The position numbers and the translations under genes are program-made. The notes below the pieces were generated by a model, which searched no databases, was not told where the DNA came from, and saw nothing but the letters and a program-made list of their open reading frames with translations. Shown piece by piece: positions 15,802 to 25,184 of a stretch of 26,106 nucleotides of DNA; the stretch's first letter is position 1; every line of letters begins with the position of its first letter. The stretch spans positions 1 through 26,106 of the forward strand of contig CAZBQU010000002.1 of NCBI GenBank assembly GCA_964494215.1, in the 5' to 3' direction. This DNA is from an uncultured Candidatus Saccharibacteria bacterium (GTDB lineage Bacteria > Patescibacteriota > Minisyncoccia > Phycocordibacterales > Zambryskibacteraceae).

Positions 15802-16597
15802 AACTCTTTATTGCATCGGAGACAGTCACGCGAGTTTCTTCTCAGGAACTAACTCAATCCAACCATCCTGGCCACTCCAGGCTCGCAATGTCATCCCTTC
15901 GTTCACGTCCTTTCGTCTTGGAGCGGTACTGGCATACAGCCTTCCCGATCTCGGCACAAAAACTCAAGGAAGAGAGAAGCTCTTTGAAGTTCTCTCCACT
16001 CTCCCCGAAAAGAGTTCTATTTTAATGTGTTTTGGCGAAATTGATTGCCGAGTACATTTAGTTAAACAGGCGGAGCAGCAACATCGCCCGCTCAAGAATG
16101 TAGTCGAGGAATGCGTTGAAAGATATGTGCACGTCTTACAAGAATTGCAACCTCATTTCCATGTTTCTGTTTGGGGTGTTGTACCCTCAACTCCTTCCGA
16201 AGAAATTATCGATGCTCGCTATCCTCACTACGGCACACACATCGAAAGGAACACTGCCACCAAAATCTTTAATGAACACCTCCGCGTTCTCTGCCAGCAA
16301 AAGAATATCCCTTTTATCTCGATCTTTAACGAACTTACTCACAACGATGCTTCCACTAATCCAAAATATTTTTCTGACAAAGTACACCTTTCTCAAAGAG
16401 CCATGCCTCTCGCGGTGCGGCAGATACACGCGGTACTCCCCAACATACCAATACGCCTATTCAACAACAACCTCGTACATCTGCCTTTAAGCTGGGCCCT
16501 TCCTCTCTTTACAATCCGCTGTGAAATTAACACGTTTTGCTATTACTACTACAAGTTCCTGAAACAGGTTGCCAAAAAGATTCTTCGCAGAGCCTAG
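15791..16597 (+). CDS. SGNH/GDSL-family hydrolase-like protein (candidate glycan O-acetyl modifier)
   Basis: IGDSHA, FGEIDCR, DKVHL motifs. Confidence 0.75.
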   Translation: MENKTLYCIGDSHASFFSGTNSIQPSWPLQARNVIPSFTSFRLGAVLAYSLPDLGTKTQGREKLFEVLSTLPEKSSILMCFGEIDCRVHLVKQAEQQHRPLKNVVEECVERYVHVLQELQPHFHVSVWGVVPSTPSEEIIDARYPHYGTHIERNTATKIFNEHLRVLCQQKNIPFISIFNELTHNDASTNPKYFSDKVHLSQRAMPLAVRQIHAVLPNIPIRLFNNNLVHLPLSWALPLFTIRCEINTFCYYYYKFLKQVAKKILRRA

Positions 16598-17223
16598 AGC
16601 TTCGTGACTTTCGCCAATTGAATGACCAAGCGTCCAAACGAAGTGTTGTCAAAAGAGTCAACTACAGGCATAATCTCGACCGAAAATTCATTCCGATCAA
16701 TCGCGTCTACTGTACGTTTAGCGCCAGCGTCGATTCGGTTTGTCCAATAATCATCGAAAATTAAAACGCTTCCCTTATGCATAAACGTCTTCGCATTCTG
16801 CCAATCGCTTTCTACGGTCTCGAGACTATGTCCTCCATCAATAAAGATAATGTCCATCGAAGGATGTTTCCCTTGCTCATTTCTTAAGGTCTGCGTCGTG
16901 TCACCCTTAATTAAGTTAATCGAGGCGCCCGTCTTCAAAAGCTTCGATTGAACAACTTCTTGGGGCGGAGGTTGTTTGGAAACTTCTTTTTGAAAAGTCT
17001 CGGAATCCATCCGCTCAAAGAAATCGAATCCGAAATAATTGATTGTAGTAGGCTTATTGTATCGAGATGCAATCTCGATCATTCTCCTTGCCCTTTCCCC
17101 ACTCCACACACCGATTTCCATAATATTTTTTGGTTTCAACCTTTTAATCTCGGTGAAAATCTGATCATACCTTCGAGGGATATCTTTGGAGCGGAGGATG
17201 TGTTTTTTTATGAAATAAAGCAT
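16594..17223 (-). CDS. Class I SAM-dependent methyltransferase (Methyltransf_24-like)
   Basis: IMEIGVWSG, IFIDGGH, LIFDDY. Confidence 0.88.
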   Translation of the reverse strand: MLYFIKKHILRSKDIPRRYDQIFTEIKRLKPKNIMEIGVWSGERARRMIEIASRYNKPTTINYFGFDFFERMDSETFQKEVSKQPPPQEVVQSKLLKTGASINLIKGDTTQTLRNEQGKHPSMDIIFIDGGHSLETVESDWQNAKTFMHKGSVLIFDDYWTNRIDAGAKRTVDAIDRNEFSVEIMPVVDSFDNTSFGRLVIQLAKVTKL

Positions 17224-17230
17224 ACGGTTA

Positions 17231-17236
17231 AGAATA
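17231..17236 (-). promoter_or_regulatory. -10 box TATTCT, 7 nt upstream of the methyltransferase ATG
   Basis: TATTCT-taaccgt-ATG. Confidence 0.45.
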
Positions 17237-17243
17237 GCGTAAT

Positions 17244-18338
17244 TTACCCTTTTTGGTACAAGCTGATATAACGCTCCGCGGTCTTACCCCAAGAAAATTC
17301 CTTTGCAAAATCACGGGCATTTTCACCAAAATCTTTTTTATGCTCGAGCGTTTTGAGTATCTTATCCGAGATATCTTTGGGATTTTTCTGCTCTGCCAAA
17401 CAGCCGGTCACCCCGTCTTCAATCGCATCCTCAATCCCACACCCCCTACTACCCACACCCGGGATTCCGAATTGGTATCCTTCGAGAAATACAAGACCAA
17501 ATCCTTCAAAGTGGTGGCGGTCGTTACGAGAATTAAGAAGCGCCACATCAGATTTCTGATAGAGATATGACAACGCCTTGTCGTCATGCGCATCGGAAAT
17601 AATCGAAAGATTCTCCCTAACCCCCGCCTGCTCAGCTCTGGTCTTAATCATCTCCACGTACGCCGTGTCTTCGTCAGAGCCCACCACAAGATATGTAAAA
17701 TTGGGATATACATCCTTCAAGAGAATGAGGGCATCGAGTGAATCTTTTTGACCTTTTCGACTTTTAATTGCCCCCACCGTGATAAAGACTGGACTACCGG
17801 CAACGGCAAATTTTGTTTTGAAAAAAGATTCTTCTGCGGCGGAGAGTGCTGGCAACAATGTAGTGCCCAGGTGAACAACTTCAGTTTTAAATCCAAAACC
17901 AAAAATCTCCTCGATACGTTCAGCGACATAGCGGCTAATCGCGAGTATGCGCTGCGCCCTTTTATAAGCCGCGGACATTAACCTCTTCTTCAACTTAGAG
18001 TGGCCAGGGAAGGAATATGTGCCCACCGCATTGATAAAAAGCTTCTTTCTCGTCCCCAATACTGCCCCATAGGCATACAGAGCATACGGCCACCCATCCA
18101 TAGCATGCACAACGTCACAGGACCTCGCATGTTTTCTGACAGTAAGAATATTTCTTAGAAAATTAATAGCTGAGAGGTCATGCAATACAGGAAACTGTTC
18201 AGGGCAGAGCTCCGTAGACCCTCGTGTGACGACACTGAAACACACGCCCCGCCTGCGATATTCTTCAACTACGTTCAATGAATATCTTCCCCAACCAGAA
18301 TGAGTATCAAGCCTGGGAGTAACAATGAGCACCTTCAT
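17244..18338 (-). CDS. Glycosyltransferase family 4
   Basis: ITVGAIKSRKGQ, EGFGLVFLEG, GCLAE, FSW. Confidence 0.92.
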   Translation of the reverse strand: MKVLIVTPRLDTHSGWGRYSLNVVEEYRRRGVCFSVVTRGSTELCPEQFPVLHDLSAINFLRNILTVRKHARSCDVVHAMDGWPYALYAYGAVLGTRKKLFINAVGTYSFPGHSKLKKRLMSAAYKRAQRILAISRYVAERIEEIFGFGFKTEVVHLGTTLLPALSAAEESFFKTKFAVAGSPVFITVGAIKSRKGQKDSLDALILLKDVYPNFTYLVVGSDEDTAYVEMIKTRAEQAGVRENLSIISDAHDDKALSYLYQKSDVALLNSRNDRHHFEGFGLVFLEGYQFGIPGVGSRGCGIEDAIEDGVTGCLAEQKNPKDISDKILKTLEHKKDFGENARDFAKEFSWGKTAERYISLYQKG

Positions 18339-18350
18339 TTCGTGATTTTT

Positions 18351-19451
18351 TTAATCATTTTCAATAAATGAGAGCACGCTCTGCGCACGCCTTTCCCACG
18401 TGTGCTCCTCGGCCTTACGTCGTGCAGCCAGAGAGATTGCCTTTGCCTTTTCAATATTTTCCAAAATATCTTTAATCGCCTTCGCCAAGCCATGAGGATT
18501 ATCGGCTTCAAAAAATACAGCCGTCGTCTCATCAAGAACATCTCTCAAGGAAGGCAGGTCAGCGGCCACGATGGGGCGCGCTGCCGAAAGATACTCGAAG
18601 AGCTTCATGGGAGACGTGTAGAGAAGAGAGTTGTCGTCTTTTGCAGTATTGGGGATCACGAGCACATCTGCTGCAGCCAACCAAAGCGGCTCTTCAGTCT
18701 GTGGCTTAAAGCCCTCAATGATAATATTGGTTTCGGCAGAACATCTTTCTCGCAGACGCTTTACGTCAGTATCTTTTGTTCCTCCCACCAGTACCACGAC
18801 ACAATCCTTAAGATCCGCTGCAGCATCGACGAGCACGTCCACACCCTTCCACTTCTTAAAGTTCCCCCAGTACAAAACAATTCTTTTGTCAGATGGGAGA
18901 TTCAACGCTCTTCTCGCCTCGTCCTTATTCCCCACCTGAAAAAGAGCGAGATTAACAGCATCTGGCGCCACGAGAACGCGACTGGCGGCCACGCCTATTT
19001 GCACAAGCACTTTTTTAATATGGCTCGTCAAGACGACAATTTTCTTCGGCTTATATCCCCATATGTTCACATGCTCGGGCATATGAATCTCAATAACATA
19101 ATTTTTAAAAAACATACCAAGTGCCGGATCACGAGTATACAGAACGTCAAATTTTTTATGTAACAAATACAACTTCACTGATACAAGAAAGGAGTACACG
19201 TTCAATATGTTACAAATTTTTTCTGGTACAAAGCCTCCGAAGAGATCGATTACAGGGAGAGTTTTGATCGTAAAATTGCGCGGCACATTGTAGAACGTAA
19301 ACGGGTCCTCGCTCAAAAGATTCTTGCGTTTCGGCACGACGAGTTCTGTTTCAACTCCTGCCGCAGCAAAGGCGGCGCACATATTCATAATCTGAAACCC
19401 ATGAGCATTCTTTGTCGGTATCCTGACGGGGGTGGCGTATATTAATTTCAT
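18351..19451 (-). CDS. Glycosyltransferase family 4
   Basis: YWGNFKKWKGVD, SPMKLFEYLSAARPIV. Start moved to ATG 19451. Confidence 0.92.
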   Translation of the reverse strand: MKLIYATPVRIPTKNAHGFQIMNMCAAFAAAGVETELVVPKRKNLLSEDPFTFYNVPRNFTIKTLPVIDLFGGFVPEKICNILNVYSFLVSVKLYLLHKKFDVLYTRDPALGMFFKNYVIEIHMPEHVNIWGYKPKKIVVLTSHIKKVLVQIGVAASRVLVAPDAVNLALFQVGNKDEARRALNLPSDKRIVLYWGNFKKWKGVDVLVDAAADLKDCVVVLVGGTKDTDVKRLRERCSAETNIIIEGFKPQTEEPLWLAAADVLVIPNTAKDDNSLLYTSPMKLFEYLSAARPIVAADLPSLRDVLDETTAVFFEADNPHGLAKAIKDILENIEKAKAISLAARRKAEEHTWERRAQSVLSFIEND

Positions 19452-19458
19452 ATAGCTG

Positions 19459-21480
19459 TCAGAACCATTTTTCCAAACGATCCAGTGCAATCCAGAAACC
19501 CTCTCCCCCATTCTCGTGGCCTTGCCAGATTTCTGGTATAAACGATACCCCCGGCGCTACTCGTTCCAAATCGTTTCTCAGCTGCTTAAAATCAATCGTC
19601 CCCTCTCCAATCTGAAGGCCCTCTTCCCCCACTCCAGAACCATCAACCATGTGAATATGAGCCGTATAAGGACCAATAATATCGACATACTCTGTGAGTG
19701 TTCGGCTGAGATGATTGGCCGCTAAGTAGGAATGCGAAATATCGAAGCAAATACGATATCCATACTTTTTACAAAAATCAGCTGTCTCCTCAGGGTCTAC
19801 GAAGAGGTTGTGGAACATCTGCCCACCCAAAAGCCACGGGTAAGGCGGCATGGTCTGAATAATCATCTCGACCCCCTCTTGATCTAATTTGGAAAGAGAA
19901 TCAGCCACTCGAGCATACAGCGCTTCAAGTTCTACCTTCTTGCGTGGAGCATGACGAGTAAAGCCACCAGCGTTAACAATAATCATAGGTCGAGGCGTCT
20001 TAGGGAAAAACTCTTTCATTGCTCGCACCTGATCAACACAACGCTGTAAGTTAGCAATGGATTTATTCCTATAGCCCTCATCTTCTGATGCCAAGTCGAG
20101 AATGTGATCATTTTCAAAAGTCTCCACTCCATGCACCACCAAATCAACATCATACTTTTTATCAAACATGTCCTTAGGGTCAATGAGCAGATCCTGATAA
20201 CTCATATGGAATTCCAACAAATCAGGATTCGTGTATGTAAATATATCCTTAAAATCATGGAAGCGAACGGGAAGCCCCATCGGTCTTTTAAATTTGTAAT
20301 CTCTCGGCTTAATAAGCTTATCGAGCAAATCAGTTGAATAAAAAGGTTCCCCAGAATTAATATCTCGGCGAGCCACCTTACCGATCAATTCCTTTTTCAT
20401 CATAGGAGGCAGTCCTCGGCCGGGGCTTTTAATTGAAAGCATTGCTTCTGTAATCACTTCACCTTTTTTCACGTCTTGAAACGCCACAATACTTTTACCT
20501 AAGTTGGATCTGTTCATCTTCTCCCCCTGAGTCATGGAGCGCCTATCAGCACTCCCAAGCGCCGCCTCAACCTGCCTGATAGCAATGACCATTTCACGAA
20601 ATTCTTCTGGCAAGAGGCTGGCCTTATGATCAGTGCCCTCCATTTCTCGGTCGAGCGTAATATGCTTTTCGACAACCTTCGCCCCACGAGCCACCGCTGC
20701 TACCGCCACGTGGATACCGCGCTCGTGGCCAGAATACCCATAGATTGCAGTGCCCAACCTATTCATGAGTCGCAATTGGATGTCCTGGAATGGTGCCGGG
20801 TACGTCGAATTACAATGCAACAAAATATATTTTGCTCCCAACTTACGGAGGAGCCAGCTCGTTGCTCTTATTTCACTCTCCTCAGACATCCCCGTAGAAA
20901 CAAGGAGGGGTTTCCCACGGGCGATGATGGCCCGCAAAAGGTCATGGTTAGTGAAATCTGGAGAACCAATCTTATAAACTGACATACCATAATCTGACAA
21001 ACGCTTTGCGCTCGCTATATCAAAGGGGGTGCATAGAGGAAAGATGCCCTTACTTTCAGCATATTTGAAAAGTTTAAAAAGCTCCTCTGGAGGCAGATTT
21101 ACCTTGCCTAAAAGATCGAGGGAGTATTGCGTATTGAGATTCTCCTTTGGATTATTTGCCTTGGTCTTTCCATATAGACTCTCCAAGTCACGCATCTGAA
21201 ATTTGACTGCATCAGCACCAGCCTTAACTGATTCATCGATTAACTTTCTAGCGAGGGAGGGGTCACCATTATGGTTAATGCCAATTTCGGCAATGATGTA
21301 CACAGGCTCACCCTGGCCCACATAACGATTGCCAATTTTTATTCTTTTAGGTGAGCCTAGAAGAAGAATTTTGAGCCGCTGGCGAAGCTTCCAGAAAGCC
21401 ACTTTTAATCTCTCTAAATTGGCGTTATTCACAAAATAAGTCACACCAGCATAACTCAAAAATGACCTTAAATCAATCAA
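19459..21480 (-). CDS. neuB: NeuB-family nonulosonic acid synthase + SAF domain + C-terminal sugar-phosphate isomerase/epimerase-like TIM barrel (start uncertain)
   Basis: IAEIGINHNG, AVKFQ, STGMS, LLHCNSTYP, GYSGHE, EKHITLD...DHKASL; SAF (KSPGRGL); C-terminal FDISH, HIHMVD, GEGTIDF, FIPEIW. The TTG start is only the longest option. Confidence 0.9.
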   Translation of the reverse strand: MIDLRSFLSYAGVTYFVNNANLERLKVAFWKLRQRLKILLLGSPKRIKIGNRYVGQGEPVYIIAEIGINHNGDPSLARKLIDESVKAGADAVKFQMRDLESLYGKTKANNPKENLNTQYSLDLLGKVNLPPEELFKLFKYAESKGIFPLCTPFDIASAKRLSDYGMSVYKIGSPDFTNHDLLRAIIARGKPLLVSTGMSEESEIRATSWLLRKLGAKYILLHCNSTYPAPFQDIQLRLMNRLGTAIYGYSGHERGIHVAVAAVARGAKVVEKHITLDREMEGTDHKASLLPEEFREMVIAIRQVEAALGSADRRSMTQGEKMNRSNLGKSIVAFQDVKKGEVITEAMLSIKSPGRGLPPMMKKELIGKVARRDINSGEPFYSTDLLDKLIKPRDYKFKRPMGLPVRFHDFKDIFTYTNPDLLEFHMSYQDLLIDPKDMFDKKYDVDLVVHGVETFENDHILDLASEDEGYRNKSIANLQRCVDQVRAMKEFFPKTPRPMIIVNAGGFTRHAPRKKVELEALYARVADSLSKLDQEGVEMIIQTMPPYPWLLGGQMFHNLFVDPEETADFCKKYGYRICFDISHSYLAANHLSRTLTEYVDIIGPYTAHIHMVDGSGVGEEGLQIGEGTIDFKQLRNDLERVAPGVSFIPEIWQGHENGGEGFWIALDRLEKWF

Positions 21481-21501
21481 TTATCGACATCTTTTAATCC
21501 A

Positions 21502-22206
21502 TTAAACCGCTCTTTTAGTAGCAAAAAAACCATACCCGAGATTGTATTTCATAGAGGGCTTGAGATTACCAAATAACAATACAACCACCCTTTGAAGTAT
21601 TACCTGCATTTTCCAAAAAATACGAGTTGAATACCTTTTTTCCCCTCCTTCAAGCATGGCGAAGAAATGCGATGTCATTTGCGCCAATAAATCGTTCGGG
21701 GTACCGAGAGGCACGATTACTATGTCTACGTACCCAGCGTCAGAAAGCATTCTTCGCAGCGCATAATCTGTATAACGAAAATAATCATATGGCTCTTGAT
21801 GAACCATAAGCATAAATGGAGTGGAACCTACAATAAATCCTCCATTTTCTGTTACTCTAAAACATTCATTTATAAGCATTTGAGGTGCGTATATATGTTC
21901 AAAGGTATTGCTACTAGCCACGACGTGGTATTGGCCATCCTCAAAAGGTAGCCCGTCTTCAAGATTATGGATCACATCCGTTCCTTCATACGGAGCAAAA
22001 TCAATGGCTGTTTTGTTGAATGTCCTATACAAATCCTCAAAATGATGCGCCCCCGAGCCCACATCCAAGAGTTTCCCCGATAGCGATGTCTTACTTATAC
22101 AATCTTTAATAAAAACATACTGGGCCCTTCGAAGGGATGACCATTTTGATTTATCTTTATATCTATCTATTGGGAGTAAATTTTCCGTTTTTTTCATATG
22201 CAACAT
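21502..22206 (-). CDS. Class I SAM-dependent methyltransferase (Methyltransf_11-like)
   Basis: LLDVGSG, NTFEHI, EPYDYFRYT. Start is either at the TAATG overlap (22206) or at 22197. Confidence 0.85.
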   Translation of the reverse strand: MLHMKKTENLLPIDRYKDKSKWSSLRRAQYVFIKDCISKTSLSGKLLDVGSGAHHFEDLYRTFNKTAIDFAPYEGTDVIHNLEDGLPFEDGQYHVVASSNTFEHIYAPQMLINECFRVTENGGFIVGSTPFMLMVHQEPYDYFRYTDYALRRMLSDAGYVDIVIVPLGTPNDLLAQMTSHFFAMLEGGEKRYSTRIFWKMQVILQRVVVLLFGNLKPSMKYNLGYGFFATKRAV

Positions 22207-22979
22207 TACTGCCAAGGCTCAATACCTTTATTACGCACATCTTCAATTATCGTTCCTGCATAATTGAGATCTTTTTGGGAGTCAATATCAATATCACGCC
22301 ACGTATCGAAAAATAGAGGGATGATTCTAGAGCCACTCATAGAATTCTCATTGAGGATGGTTTCTGGGCGAATCACATCGACATATCCCGAATGCCTCCA
22401 TATTTCTGGCAGAAGCTGTCTTGGCAAGTTGTACGGCTCACCATATTTTTCAAACAATTCTGGATATTCTTTTTTTAAAATAGGACGTAAGTACTTCGCC
22501 CCATTATCTAACCGGAACATTTTGAAAGGTGTATGGAGAGGTGCGCACACAGAACGAACAGAGCTGGCCTCGGGATTTTCACGCATCAGTCTCACGCCTT
22601 CATCTATATCAGCACTGGCTTTAAGGGGGGTGGTGGGGCGCAAATGTACCACCATCTCTGGCAACTGCCCCTCATGTTCCAAAAGCCAATTCAAAGCATG
22701 CTCAAACACCGGCAGGTCAGGAGTGGAATCTTCAGCAAGCTCCTTGGGGCGCATAAACAACACTTCCACGCCCTGAGAACGAGCCAGTTCAGCGATCTCT
22801 TCATCATCTGTTGAAATAATCACCCGGTCCAAAGACTTGGCATGTTGAGCGGCCTCAATGGTATAGGTGAGCAGAGGTTTGCCCGCGCAAGGAGCGATAC
22901 TTTTTTTATAGATAGACTTAGATCCCCCTCTGGCTAAAATAACCCCAAGCACTCCTTTTTTCTGAATTTCGTTATTCAT
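22206..22979 (-). CDS. neuA: CMP-nonulosonate synthetase (acylneuraminate cytidylyltransferase)
   Basis: ILARGGSKSI, IISTDD, RPKELA, LRPTTP, DIDSQKD. Start moved to ATG 22979, downstream of TGATATATT. Confidence 0.92.
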   Translation of the reverse strand: MNNEIQKKGVLGVILARGGSKSIYKKSIAPCAGKPLLTYTIEAAQHAKSLDRVIISTDDEEIAELARSQGVEVLFMRPKELAEDSTPDLPVFEHALNWLLEHEGQLPEMVVHLRPTTPLKASADIDEGVRLMRENPEASSVRSVCAPLHTPFKMFRLDNGAKYLRPILKKEYPELFEKYGEPYNLPRQLLPEIWRHSGYVDVIRPETILNENSMSGSRIIPLFFDTWRDIDIDSQKDLNYAGTIIEDVRNKGIEPWQ

Positions 22980-23005
22980 TGGATGACTCACAATATATCA
23001 CCTAG

Positions 23006-24364
23006 TTAAATTAGGTGCATTGCTTTACTGATTTCCTCTACGACCCGGAAACTAGACAAGCCATCTAGTTTAAAACATTGTTCTTCTACTACCCTCTCTC
23101 TCCCGGCCCTATCTAATTCTGGATTAGAAATATAGTTTAAAACAGCCTCCTTAAGTTCTGATTCAGAGTAGACGACTTTCACTCCCCCGGTAGAAAGTAC
23201 GGGCTCAAGATGAGTATATTCATATTGATGACGCATGCTTTTTAGATACGGCGTTCCAAGCTTCTCGTCAAAAGCGATATTGATAATCGGCTTGTTCAGC
23301 GCACAGGCGTCTACTATTGAAGTGCCTTGATAAGAAACTACGACTTCCGAATGCGCGATAAGGCTCGCGTACATATCAAGATCTTCTTTCGTGAATTCCC
23401 TGTCGGTCAGTCTGGCGGACTGAAATTCCACCAATGTAGGGTAGTTCACTACAGTGCTGTTACTAAACTGAACTTTCTTTTCTGTGTTTGGATGAGGACG
23501 CACTACCAGCTGGAAGTTGTGGAGAGCCGGCTCACTTGCAATTAGTTTTTCTAAGGCTGAAGCAATGTAATGATCAAGGTTGCCTGAGCTTAAACCAATC
23601 ATGAGAAAGAGGATAATTTTCTTCTGCGGATCTGTGCCTATTTGGTGAGAAATTTCTTCAACAGAAAGGCGCTTGTCGTTAGTGTAATAATCAAAATGAG
23701 GCATCCCAACAATCTCGACGTCTTTCGGCTGAAAATCGGCCAGAGAAATGGCGTCGCTCTTCATGTATTTGTTATGCACTAAGAGCTTGCCAGGATAGAT
23801 GCGTATATTGCCCTTATTTACCGAAAGATTATCCCATGAACGTATCATACCTATGGTAGAAACCTTACGACTAGACACCTCTCTCAGGAGCATCGAATCT
23901 TGGTCAGAGGTGATACTCGATACGAAAACCAGATCAGGGTTGTATTTTTCGAATAGATATCCCAGTCCTTGAGGTTGCACCAACTTCTTATCTAAATATC
24001 TTATGATATTTCTCAAGAACCTCGAGTGCCCCAACAACATGGTTAGGATCCTATTGAATGCATACCTTAGGTATTTCTTGTGTACGAGATAATTCTCCCC
24101 TTGGATAAGTCTTACTGTTTCAGTATCGACGAAAAAATAATAAAGCTTCCTGAAAAACCTATCTAACGTAGAGGGTTCTGGGAAAGATACTCCTTCATAG
24201 AAGATATTTTCTCCTCCAAATCTGGTCTGATAGTAGTCTTTCTTGAATTCAGGACACAGTACAACGACCCTTAAATCGCTCTCTTTAAGGTACTTAAGAA
24301 TATCGGTAAGAAGAATATTCCTAGCAATATGGCCGTGGAATATACTTACAAACAGCGTCTTCAT
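23006..24364 (-). CDS. GT-B fold protein of the CDP-glycerol glycerophosphotransferase (TagB/TagF)-like family; candidate nonulosonate transferase
   Basis: RSWDNL, VGMPHFD, VRPHP, SEVVVSYQGTSIVDACALNKP; directly upstream of neuA. Confidence 0.65.
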   Translation of the reverse strand: MKTLFVSIFHGHIARNILLTDILKYLKESDLRVVVLCPEFKKDYYQTRFGGENIFYEGVSFPEPSTLDRFFRKLYYFFVDTETVRLIQGENYLVHKKYLRYAFNRILTMLLGHSRFLRNIIRYLDKKLVQPQGLGYLFEKYNPDLVFVSSITSDQDSMLLREVSSRKVSTIGMIRSWDNLSVNKGNIRIYPGKLLVHNKYMKSDAISLADFQPKDVEIVGMPHFDYYTNDKRLSVEEISHQIGTDPQKKIILFLMIGLSSGNLDHYIASALEKLIASEPALHNFQLVVRPHPNTEKKVQFSNSTVVNYPTLVEFQSARLTDREFTKEDLDMYASLIAHSEVVVSYQGTSIVDACALNKPIINIAFDEKLGTPYLKSMRHQYEYTHLEPVLSTGGVKVVYSESELKEAVLNYISNPELDRAGRERVVEEQCFKLDGLSSFRVVEEISKAMHLI

Positions 24365-25164
24365 TTCATTACATAGATACCCGTAGCTCCACTAAACTTA
24401 CTCCTGTGGTCGAAGGAGAGAACGTGTTTCTCTAGCCAATCTATAAATTTGTCTATATTCGCCTGCTTATTAGGAAGTTTTGCATCTCTCAATACGTTCG
24501 GCAGACGCTTTTTAAGGTCAGTGATCATTCTCTCTCCATGACCCCAGTCATGATCAAAGGTTTTCCATGTGAGAGACATCTTGAGTTTCTTGGCAAACTC
24601 CTCAAATTCTACAGGAGTAAGATAATGAAGATCGGCTAATGTGATAGGAGCATCAAAAAGATGAAGTAATGCTTGGAGCACATAGCCACGGGGGTTCATC
24701 CAGTTCGGGCTAGTTGTAACAATTACCCCTCCCGGCAAAAGATGGCGTTTAAAGCTCTTTAAAATCTTCAAAGGATCGTCCAGATGCTCGAGCGTTCCAA
24801 TTGACACTATAACGTCGAATTTCCCTTTAATGGATGAGGCATCCCCAACTTTATATTCTAAGTTTGGATGGTTATAGGTTGCTTCCGCCTCTTTAATGGC
24901 TTCCGGGATATAGTCCATACCGATAATCTTTGCGCCTCTGGTTGCTGCGGCATATGAAAAAAGTCCTGTACCGCATCCCACCTCTAGCACTTTTTTATTC
25001 TTCCAGCTCACAGCGTGGAGTGAAGCCAGCATCTCTTCTGTGAATTTCAAATCCTTGTTCTTGCCGTCTGAATGCTTGCGTTCATTTACTGTATAGACTT
25101 GGGTATAGCCCTTCTTGAAGATGGAGTTATAAGTGGATTTGATGCTTTTATTAGTCTTTTTCAT
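24361..25164 (-). CDS. Class I SAM-dependent methyltransferase (UbiG/Methyltransf_23-like)
   Basis: VLEVGCGTG, GMDY, FDVIVSIGTLEH; ATGA overlap with the next gene. Confidence 0.9.
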   Translation of the reverse strand: MKKTNKSIKSTYNSIFKKGYTQVYTVNERKHSDGKNKDLKFTEEMLASLHAVSWKNKKVLEVGCGTGLFSYAAATRGAKIIGMDYIPEAIKEAEATYNHPNLEYKVGDASSIKGKFDVIVSIGTLEHLDDPLKILKSFKRHLLPGGVIVTTSPNWMNPRGYVLQALLHLFDAPITLADLHYLTPVEFEEFAKKLKMSLTWKTFDHDWGHGERMITDLKKRLPNVLRDAKLPNKQANIDKFIDWLEKHVLSFDHRSKFSGATGIYVMK

Positions 25165-25184
25165 GATATTTTATTTGATCAAAC

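Noticed and set aside
6223-22991. Longer ORF-track starts for gatB (6264), MYG1 (8174), dsbB (8691), DedA (9658), secA (12108), GT4 (19511), neuA (22991)
   Set aside because: The extensions overlap upstream genes or -10 boxes and lack family similarity; downstream ATGs fit better.
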